From Zootoca vivipara (lineage: Eukaryota), in the NCBI RefSeq assembly GCF_963506605.1, contig NC_083276.1:85498001-85562000 (forward strand): a DNA stretch of 64,000 bases, written 5' to 3'. The translations under genes were made by a program, and so were the position numbers. Each line of letters starts with the position of its first letter. Positions within the stretch are counted from its first letter, which is position 1. Below the pieces are notes generated by a model. The model worked only from the letters and a program-made list of their open reading frames with translations. It was not told the DNA's origin and did no database searches. Of this stretch, positions 1-13,900 are shown piece after piece.

Positions 1-611
1 GCCTACAGCAATTATAGAGGCGTTTAGGAACCAGAGGCCTATAGCAACCTGTCACTCTGGACTACAAGTTTCAGTATCCCTGATCACTGTCCATGCTGGC
101 CACCACTCCCCGCCTTTCAGGGCAATTTTATATAAAGTGCTTGTTCCTAGCTATGAAGTATTCACACATATTTGTTCTCTCACACACAGCAGTTCTCTGG
201 CACATGACTCAACATTCCACCACTTCAATGATCTGGGGTGTTGAATTGGACAACAATGCAGACAAATGAACAAAGCAGGAAATGAAGTAATTAACCATAT
301 TAGAGCCAAGCAGAATTATGTCAGAACAACACATTATAGCAACCAAACTTAGTGGTGGGGAAACGAGCAGTGCTTTTCCAGATTGTGTGAAAGAGAAAAA
401 GAGAGGAGCAAGAGGAGAAGAAAGATCTCAGCTCTGATAAACTTCTACCACAATCAATCAAAATGCCAAAAAGCGCAGATAGGAAAACAATACAGTCAAA
501 TTCTTAATGATTCCCCCCAGCTTGTACCCAATTAAATTGAATGTCGTTTGTACCGAGGATGGAAAGGTGGTGGTGGTGTGGAGTGGAAAGTAAGGGAGCT
601 TTTCACCCTTA

Positions 612-4106
<3,495 letters not shown>

Positions 4107-4660
4107 CCCGCCGCGCGTGAAAAGGGGCGTCAAGCGAGGCTGCCTTCTTGCTGCTGCCCCCGTTGGTAGGTAGGCAGGTGCCCGAGTGGGAGCTGCCCAG
4201 AGAGCAAGACGCCTCCTCCGCGGATAGCACCGCAAAAGGAAGAAGAAAGGGCTTGGCGCAGCCTTCCTCTTCCTGGGGCGAGAGAGGAGAGAGGGAGGGA
4301 GGGAAGGAGGCGGGCTTTTCTGCGGCCTCCGCTTTTAATAAGCCGAGCGCAAAGGAGGGCAAAAGGGTTGCTTTTAGGATGTGTCACCACGCGTGTGGCG
4401 CCTTCATCATCCCTCCGTCCGGTCGTGCCAACTCAGGTCGCACGCAGCCGAGATGGACGTCTCTGGCGGCAAGGGAAGCGGGACTTGGCTTTTTTCTTTT
4501 TTCTTTGCAGGGTGGGGATCCGCCTGCTGCAACCCGGCAACCCCTCTCAAACAGAACCGGAGGGATGGAAGTTTGACGGAAAATAGAAGTACTGGTTGTC
4601 CATAGGTATATATGCGACACTCGATTTCTCATCGTTGATATACTGGCCGCGAGGGATGAA

Positions 4661-4749
4661 CATAGCTGCCAAGTTATCCCTTTTTTAAGGGATTTCCCCT
4701 TATGCTGAATAGGCTTCCTCGCGAGAAAAGGGAAAACTTGGCAGCTATG
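4661..4749. mobile_element. 89-bp hAT-like MITE at the edge of the CNPPD1 promoter
   Basis: 24-bp TIR CATAGCTGCCAAGTTWTCCCTTTT and a perfect 8-bp TSD GGGATGAA (4653-4660 / 4750-4757). Confidence 0.88.
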
Positions 4750-5930
4750 GGGATGAACACATCTATACGAAATAGTCCTTTGAGCGAGCGTGTCAAGAGG
4801 ATGGATCCTGGCACATCACGATGCTATTTTTTCCTACACCTGTAATAAGAGAGTATTTCTTGTTTAGGCAAGCAAGCCTATCCAGACATGTAACTTTATT
4901 TTGGACATTTATGTTAAAACTGCTGTTTTTATCTGTATTGTGATAAATGTTATGTCTGTTTGCTTTTAAAGTTTGATATTATCAGTACTTTAATATATAC
5001 AGTATTTTATATTGTTTTATGTAATCTGCTTAGAGGTTTTTGTTGAAAAAGCAGGATATAAATCTTGTTAAATTGGACCCCATGTGTACCAATTTGATTA
5101 TTCACGCTACAAATAATCATAAATTGAAATGGTGGGAGGAATGGAAGATAACCCTTTTGTCCATTGTGATCATTCTGAAAGTGCATAGAACATACTGTGG
5201 CACGTTTGTGTTCCGCCATCCTTCTGTCTCCAAAACAGAATCTCCTCATGGTTACCAAGTACTTCCTTTCAGTGGAGGTAAATGATATTTTGTACTGAGG
5301 CATTGCAATAGATATAGAGATTTCTCACTTTCTCTTTACTGTACAGTACATCCAACAGACAACATGTTATGCTAAAAATGATTCTGGCCTTGTATAGGTA
5401 TCTTGCCCAAAGAAGCCTACTACCACCAAGCCATTGAGTGTCTGACATGCCATAAACTCTGATATGACCAGAGCCACATGTGTACATTACTTTTCTGAAG
5501 GCAGTTAATAGCACACTGCACAAACAGAAGTCGTGAGAGGGAGCTCCCAGGATTTGATCTTGGTTCCACTTCCCAAAGCACAAGGTTAAAGTTGGTTATT
5601 ATTCCCAATTTCTTATTTCTAGTCCCTACAAAAATTCAAAACAGCAGCATAAACAGCCTCAATAAAGAACTGAAGTTTATACAATGCCTCTATAATACAT
5701 GTAACCACAGTCTGGCAAGCAACCTGGCAATGAGAATATTACACCTGTAACGATCACACCAGCAGTAAAGGAATTTGGATTTTATCTTTCCATAAGAGTC
5801 TGTTTCTCATTTCTTCAACTGCTTTGTTAGGCTCTGTTCACAAAACAGTCCTTCAGTTTATTAGATGTACTTCAAGTCAAGTCGTCAAGTCAGCAGCATT
5901 CCTTGTGCTCATTCACATAAAGGAGTAATT

Positions 5931-6233
5931 AAAAATGACTATTACTCATACTTTAATCTAAGCACAACCACGAGGTCTCCTGATTAGGCATTCGGTTTGT
6001 GGTGTTGAATGTTGTCTGTTAACTGTTCTATCCTGTTTTCCCTTTGTTTAAACCATTCATGAACCAAGAACTTATACATTGACTGCATAATGAACCATAT
6101 GTTGTAGATATTACTCCACATTTATTATGCTATTTTTGTGATATACAAAGGACATGAGAAAACTTGGTATACTTATTTGTATAACATTCTTGTTTTTAAA
6201 ATGCAATAAAAAGTTATTCAAAAACGAAAAGAA
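5931..6233 (+). mobile_element. 5'-truncated L1-like 3' end
   Basis: AT-rich segment ending in AATAAA plus an A-rich tail, flanked by the near-direct repeat AAAAGGAGTAATT / AAAATGAGTAATT. Confidence 0.5.
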
Positions 6234-6249
6234 AAAATGAGTAATTTTA

Positions 6250-6545
6250 GCATGTAAGCTTTTTAGTTCTCCAGAAATTGTTCATCAGACTAGATGGTAA
6301 ACAAAGCAGGGGAAAGAGAGAGGGGGGAAAGTTAGGTAAAGAATGAAAGTGCATCGTTCAATCTTAAGCCTTCTGCAAGATACTGTACCTTTTGGCTTTG
6401 CTACCAGTCTACATTTTCTCCCTCCCACCCTGCTGTTTACCTTATTTTGCCTGATGAAGACTTCTGGAGAATTCAAAAGCTTGCACGCCATTTTCTGACA
6501 TTTTTGTTGCCCTAATTAATATGTTGCGCTAATATAGGTTTTGGA
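6250..6545. mobile_element. Penelope-like remnant with an inverted pair of decayed hammerhead motifs
   Basis: CTGATGA..TTCTGGAGAA..AAAAGCTT occurs on plus (~6451-6482) and inverted on minus (~6256-6288). Confidence 0.6.
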
Positions 6546-6701
6546 ATGTTGCAGTATTGTGAGGTGTGTATTTTATTTTATTTTTAGTGAGGAATGTTTC
6601 GTCTTGGCTCCACCTCTACGCTGCAAGCTGTCAGAAGCCACTTTCTCTGCCATAGTCCCCACCTGCAATATAAGGACAATGGATGGTGTTACTATTGGTA
6701 G

Positions 6702-6949
6702 TCCTGCCAGCCTAGCAGTTCGAAAGCACGTCAAAGTGCAAGTCGATAAATAGGTACCGCTACAGCGGGAAGGTAAACGGCGTTTCCGTGTGCTGCTCTG
6801 GTTCGACAGAAGCGGCTTTGACTTGTAATGCTGGCCACATGACCTGGAAGCTGTACGCCGGCTCCCTCGGCCAATAACGCGAGATGAGCGCTGCAACCTC
6901 AGAGTCGGTCACAACTGGACCTAATGGTCAGGGGTCCCTTTACCTTTAT
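6702..6949 (+). mobile_element. Sauria SINE (Squam1), 5'-truncated
   Basis: Ends in GGGGTCCCTTTACCTTT, TSD TATTGGTAG (6693-6701 / 6950-6958), homologous to the other four copies. Confidence 0.88.
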
Positions 6950-7084
6950 TATTGGTAGAGCAATTCTTAAAACGTTTCAAACCCATTTTTAAATACACAC
7001 ACAGACATTTTTCCACACGAAATAACCTGAGTTAAAAAAGAATACGACTCGTCCCTTCTTTGCTGGTGTTTATTTTCTTTTTAG

Positions 7085-7935
7085 AAGGGAGCGGCGGGCA
7101 GTCCACTCGCAGCTATAATTTCTCCATGGTTTTCCAATAGACAGCCTTTTCCTTTTCGCCCTAGAAGCGGAGGGTTGAAACAGCCTCAAAAGAAACCCGG
7201 GATTTCGATTTCTACAGGAAACCGAATAGTAGTCGCTCTCAACTTTTCCTATCTCTATTCTTGAATTGCAGCGACTGGGCGGCTTGCGCATGCGTGTCGC
7301 ATGAAAACATCCCGCTTCAAGTTCCGAGGCCGATGCACGTGATCGCTGAGTCGCTCTGCCTCGGCGTTTGTAGGGCTGCTGCTGCTTCCGGCCGCGGCTG
7401 TCAGGAGGACTCCTCGCTCCTCCCCCGCCCCCTTCCTGATCGGTGGCTGAAGAGATGGCGAGCGGCGGCGGCGGCGGCGGCAGCTCGGATGTCCCGGCGG
7501 CAGAGGCAGGGGAGCCGGTGCCGGTGCCCGGTGCCTGCGCGGCCGGAGGCGAGGAGGAAGAGGAGGAGGAGCAGGAGGTCTTGGCTCTGGCCGTCCACCT
7601 GAGACGGCGCCTGAGGGGCTGGGAGGCGACGGTGGCCGCCGTGCAGCGGCTGCTGGTCTGGGAGAGGCCGCCGCAGAGCCTGGCCGGGGCCGCCGCGCTC
7701 GGAGCTGCTCTGTGGTGAGAGGAGGCGGAAGCCACTCGGGGTGGGGGGGTGGGCGCAGGATGGGGCCCCGGGAGGTAGCGCGCGCGGATGGGGTGTTGCT
7801 CTTATGCGTGGCAGCGGCGGCGGTTAGGAACCGCACGAAGGGGGCTGAAAGTAGAGCCGGCAGGTAGATGGGGTCGTGGATGCGCCTGACGTGGTTTTAG
7901 CTGGTTCTCTCGGCGAGAGAAAGCAGGCGCGGCTG
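7085..7935 (+). promoter_or_regulatory. CpG island / promoter of RETREG2 with NRF1-like, E-box, ETS and GC-box motifs
   Basis: TGCGCATGCG at 7285-7294, CACGTG at 7336-7341, CTTCCGG at 7385-7391, CCCCCGCCCC at 7422-7431, with high CpG density. Confidence 0.75.
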
Positions 7936-10900
7936 CAAGAGAGCCCTGGCCTTAGGGTCACCTATCCTGCTGCAAATTTAATACCACATAGAGCTATTCT
8001 CCTACGTGTGCTTACTTGGGAGTAGGCCCCTATTGAAATCCATTGGGTAAAGGTGGATAAGCTTGTGCTCCTCATAATCTTCCAGTTGTCTGCAGGGAAG
8101 CTTTCTAAGGGAAAGGAGTTGCCAGTCTGATGTGAGGTGGGCCTATGTGGCAGCTTTAGGGTAGCGTTTTCTGATGTGGGTCAAGGGTAGGATTGCTCTC
8201 TCACGCACAGTAAATGAGCAAATAGTATTTCACAGTTATAGCTCAGGAATAGCTGTTCTGTTTCATTCTGAGTGTCTGCCATGCATTATTTTGGAATAGG
8301 TTGATAGCCCCATGTGATTATGTTTTGCTTATGTATGTAACCCTTCCCTTCTCTAAGGATCTCAGGATTGCATATATAGGGTTTCTCTGGCTATTCTCAT
8401 AGCAACCCTGTAGGGTTGGTTGAGCTTAGTAATAATGAGTTGCCCAAGTCAGTAAGCCGGAGTTTGGACCAAGATCTCCCCAAATCAATCAAAACACACA
8501 TTCAATTTGTGCAAAGATTTTGGTTGGGACATTTGGAAATAGGTTTCTTGAGGTTAGGGAATTGTGGGGAAAGGTACCGTGTAGGCTTGTATGAGGAATG
8601 GAGCTTTGTTCAAGGGAAGTGGAATAGGTAAGAAATTTGCAGTTATGGAAGGGAATCTAGGGCTGTGAAGTTGAATGGTAGTTGCAAGGAAGAGATCTGG
8701 TAAAATGTAGTTATACAGTGGTGATGGAAAGGCCTTGCAACAGGTAAAACTACACAGTGCATGTGTAAAAGATAAAAGTTGATATGAGCAATAAAGCATT
8801 TGAGAATGGAGGATATTTGGTTGTGACTTCCCTCAATGGCCAAGGATTATCCTATTTTAAAGGAGGCACAGGTGTGCAGGGACATCCCCCACAAGTTGGA
8901 GTCATTCTGAAAAGAGCAGCACTTCTTCCAGAAGTAAGAGCAATGTGAAGGAACACTGAGATGAATTACTAATTGATAGTGGGTGGAATGTGCATTAAGT
9001 TTGTATGACTGTCTGGATCACTACCCCAGCCCCAAAGTAATTCAGATGGGCCTTTAAATGTTATCTGACTTTTGGATTCTTTCCCTTATCTTCTGAAAGT
9101 TAAAAAAGAACTGCTAGATACCTTTAAAACCAACAGATCTCTGGACCCCATACTTTTGCCCAGTTTTTGTATCACTCTCCTTCTAGCAATCTAGAAGTTT
9201 CTGTTTGGAAACAACAACAAATCATAAAAGCAATGTAAATCCTTCTTTTGTGGTTCTTCATTAGTCTGAGAAAAGTGGTGATTCTAAATATTCTCTCCTG
9301 GGGACCAATATTCTCTCCTGGGGACCAATTTTCTCCCTATGAAGGGAGGCAGTTAGATGACTTTAAAATAATGGACCCTGAAAGCTTTAGTCAAAGAAAT
9401 TCATAACATCTTTGCATCTTCATGTATTGTAGACCTCCAAAAATTGTGACATGACATGAGTGATTTAAGAGATAGGAAAGAATGGGAAACTTTCATTTGC
9501 TCCTGCTTGGCACTACCATTACATTTTGAAGCAGTTTTCTTTACCTTTATAAACAAATCCAGAATGGTGCCTCAAGTTATAATTATCATTCAAAGAGGAA
9601 TTGCATGTTGGAAGTGGAAAGATGTTGGGTCAGCTGTCTAGTGAAAAAATGATTGCACCCTCCTGTAGCAAACTCTTGCTTGTCTAATTGTTAAAATTTA
9701 TCCCAGATGTCTGGGGGGGGGGAAGTAAGTTCAACAGCCTTCCCCCTGGATTACTTGCTTATTTCAGAAATAAGAATCTACTTTACAGGGAGTCAGTACT
9801 GGGCTCAGCAGGTCAATGGTCTACTACTTTCACTGGCAGAGAGACTCTAGAGTCGCAAGTCAAAAACCTTCCCAGCCCTAGTCCCTGAGACTCTTAACTG
9901 GCGATAGCAGGGACTTAACATTGGACTTTCTACATGCCACACATGTACTCTGCCTATGAGCTATAGAGAAGAGTATAGAACAAGCTGCATGCATGAGTCA
10001 GTAATGGGGTTCCCTCCTTGAGATTTGTCTGTCTGAGACTACTGCTGGTCTTTTATGGATGAAATGTTGTTGCCCCTGGCCACAGTGCAGTCATGGATTG
10101 ATTAAGTCCCAGGTGGACCCAAGAAGGCTTCGCTTTGAGGCATATTTTGTGGCATCTTCTACACTTGATCTAACAAGAATTGCAGTCACAAGCTTAGGAT
10201 GTGGGACTTAACATTGGTTGGGTTTAGCGTCATGTAGACTTCCCTCTTCATTCTCAAAGTATAAACAGACCTCTCCCTGACGCACGGGTGGTGCCAAGAG
10301 CGCCTCCAGGACTTGGCTTGTGATAAACACGGACTGCTACCAGCAGCTGCAGATAATTGGAGACTCGCCCAGGAGTGTTTCTACTTAGAATTTGTGCACT
10401 CACTGTGTACGACCCAAATGGTTCATACTATCCCCAGCTTGGGCCTGGTAGCTTAGTAGTAACCCCTGGCAATGTGCCAGGCTGTTAGTAAGCCCTACAA
10501 GCGGCTAGAGGCCCTCTGCCAGTTGTGCTCTTGTTAAGCCTGCAGTGGATGAGAACTGTAGTGCTAGCACATTCCTCGCTTTCTGCCTATCCTGCCTCTG
10601 CGCACACAGCAACATTGAACAAGCCCGTGTGGTGGAATCCAGCATACAGCGGGGGGAGGGGGGCATCCTGTTTACTCTTGCACAGACAATGAGCTGACTG
10701 TCAACAGAGCAGATTCACAGGCTGGAGTCAAGCAGGGATTGGTAGTACACTTCCAGAGACTGGTTTGTAGAGATGTTAATTTAAACTAGAAATGTTTTTT
10801 GTTATAATACTTAATAACAATGTAAGAGAAGGGAGAATGACCCTGCCAGAAAAGATTTTCTCATTAAAAGAAGAAAAATTATCAAACAGTAATATTTACA

Positions 10901-13900
10901 GGACTAGAAAGAGAAGAAAACATAACATAAAAGAAGCCAGCAGCATATTTTTTAGTTACCTGCCATGCTCGGGCTAATATATTTCAAATTACCAGGCGCC
11001 ACCAACATCATTTTTCTAGTTGACTGGATGCCTGTAATTTTTAAACCTTCAATTACATAGAGTACAGGTCTCTAAACTGTACACTCATGGTCCAATGCAT
11101 AGAAATCCAGTGTCTATAATAGATTTCAGTTGGAAGCTGTATGCAAGACTTTCAAGGATGTGAACTTCTGCCAGTGATAGCTCAGATAGGTAGAAAATAA
11201 AAAGGAACTGGGGTGCACATCCCATTCCCACAATAAGCTTTGGGTGAACAGAAGAGTATATTTTATCAGAGTGCATTAACTCATTTCTTGCCCAACACTT
11301 TGGTTCAGTGTGTTTATGTCAATAATAGACAAAATGTGTAAACAGAAAAATTAGGAATTTGGTGTTTCCACCTCAAATTGTGGTTTGGACCACCCCAAAT
11401 CATAGATTCACACATGCAGGATAATGTTATCTAGAGATGACAGACTCATAGACTCATATCTAATGCAAGTTTTTTAAACACAGGACACTGTCAAATGTGT
11501 TGGTCTAAGGCCATTGTCAATGATAGCCAAGCACATGTAGAAAAGAATAAAGAACTGGGGAAGGGATGCAGTTAACTTTGGTATATCACAAATCATCCAC
11601 ATCTGCAGGGTGGTACTCTCTAGGATAGCATAGAGTCACATCAAGCCCAATGCTTTTTGGAGTAGCAAGGTGCTATCAATTGCATGGGTCTACACCAGGG
11701 GTCAGCAACCTTTTTCAGCCGTGGGCTGGTCCACCGTCCCTCAGACCATGTGGTGGGCCGAACTATATTTTGGGGGGGAAATAAAAATGAACGAATTCCT
11801 ATGCCCCACAAATAACCCAGAGATGCATTTTAACTAAAAGGACACATTCTACTCATGTAAAAACACGCTGATTCCCGGACCATCCGTGGGACGGATTGAA
11901 AAGGCGATTGGGCTGAATCCGGCCCATGGGCCTGAGGTTTCCTACCCCTGGTCTACACCAATAATTGTCAAAATATGTACAACTCTACTGCTGGACGTGT
12001 GAGTATATGGTTTGGTGGTTCCTAAGTTCCATCTTATTTTTTTACACATTTTCGTTGTCGTTGGCATAGTTTCACACCACACAGTGTCTTGTGTCCAAGC
12101 ACTGTGTTGCTAGACCAAATGCAATTTGGGTGTAACCATTGTGGTCCAAAGCAAGTTTGGGTTGCACAAACCCAGTTCCTTATTCTTTTCTACATTTGTT
12201 GGCTATTAATTATTTGTTATATTAGAATAATATAATTTCTAAAATTGGCTATCATTGGACTACATAGAAATTTATAATCTGACATAAATTTTATGGATGT
12301 CATTCTTCATGAGATAGGTGCTGCAGCAGAGTGACAGACAGTTATTTTGCAAAATAGCTTCCACAAACGTACCAACGGGCACATGATGTCTACTGATGTT
12401 TCCCCTTTCTGACCTACCGTATCTCCTATGTCATCCAAGTGGAAATTGCTTTCAGTAATGACTTTGCTCCTGAAATTTATTATAGGACACTGGTCTATAG
12501 TGTTGGACTTGGACTTTGAAAACTTTGAAATGTACTCTAGCATTTGACATAATGTGGCCTAGATCAGGCATAGGCAAACTCGGCCCTCCCGATGTTTCGA
12601 GACTAGAATTCCCATCATCCCTGACCACTGGTCCTGTTAGCTACGGATGATGGGAGTTGTAGTCCCAAAACATATGGAGGGCCAAGTTTGCCTATGCCTG
12701 GGCTAGATCAAGGGCCACTGGCCTAGTGCCAAGGTACCTGCAAAGGCTTTCACTGGTGCCCCAGATACTGAGCTTAAGTAAGTAAGTAAGTAAGTCTCTA
12801 GCCCTTCTAGAAAGGAAGTTATGGGGTAAAATGTGCAGGTACTTTCTCAGCAATTTCTGTGAAATGAGAGTGAGAGTGAGATGGCCTCCTTTAATGTATC
12901 TCTTTGTCCCTGTAACTTTCCAGGCTGTTTTCCTCCACTTCGTTGCGTCCTCTATTCCTCCTCAGCATGGGCCTTATTGGTGTTCTCCTGTTGGAGAGAT
13001 GGAAGCCTCAATTCCTGTTGGATTTCTCAGGTAAGTGAAGTAGTGAAGGTTGTACAAGTAAAGGAAGTGTTGTAGTTCTGGAGCAGGGATAATCTTGGTT
13101 GATTCTTGCACTCTTGCAAGTTCAGTTCATTCCTTCCTGTCCTGCTGTGATTTCCTGCTGATCAAGCCTTGAACTAACACTTCCCCCCCTTTTGCTGTAC
13201 AGTACTACACTGAATAAAGAGTAGCAAGTACAGTAATGTTGTTCCCATCCCTGCCTAGGAACCAGCATTGCATTGAGGATGGGGAATTGCTGATTTGGCA
13301 AACAACCATTGCCTTCTTGAGATAGTTTGTTTCTGCAAAGCTAATTCTGTTTTACACCTTAATAGAAATCAAAGCAAGTTTTGCCACAGACTGTCTGGTT
13401 CACATGGAACACCACTGAGAATTGGAATTCTTTGGACTAAAGGCACTTGGTTAATATTTGCTGGGGGGTTTTCTTCATCATCTCTTTGCTTCTGCTCATG
13501 TTGAGAATGCATATTAGAACACCTTTCTGTTTGTTGAGGGCAGTCATGTGAGAAATGCTGTTTGGCTGAAAGATTAAATGTAGCAATTTGTTTTGTACAG
13601 TTAGATCTTAAGGAGTGTGGATGTAACTGCCTGCAAGTCTTAACCATTTTTGGATTAAATAGGTGGTATCATGAGTGCCTGAGTGAGAACCAGGCAACTG
13701 TGGTGTTGGCCTACAATGTCTAATGTCTTTCCTTCACTGTCCTCAAGAAATACACCCTTGGTGAGCTCAGCATGTGGTGCACCAGGGGCTAGCCTTTTGT
13801 TGGTCCAAGTGGAATCCACATAGTGGAATCTCTACTCAACTCTTCTTAGGACACTTTTTAGGACACATATGAGCAACAACTTGCAGTGTCTGGTTTTCAA

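Noticed and set aside
7070-7836. Long minus-strand ORFs (221 and 193 aa)
   Set aside because: Antisense shadows of the GC-rich RETREG2 exon 1 and CpG island; low complexity with no recognisable domain.
9287-9329. 20-bp tandem duplication; a similar 15-bp one lies at ~36863-36893
   Set aside because: Ordinary slippage duplications with no spacers; not CRISPR-like.
11515-12210. Degenerate inverted motif flanking the 255-bp hAT element
   Set aside because: Probably an old repeat into which the MITE inserted; too decayed to define ends or a TSD.
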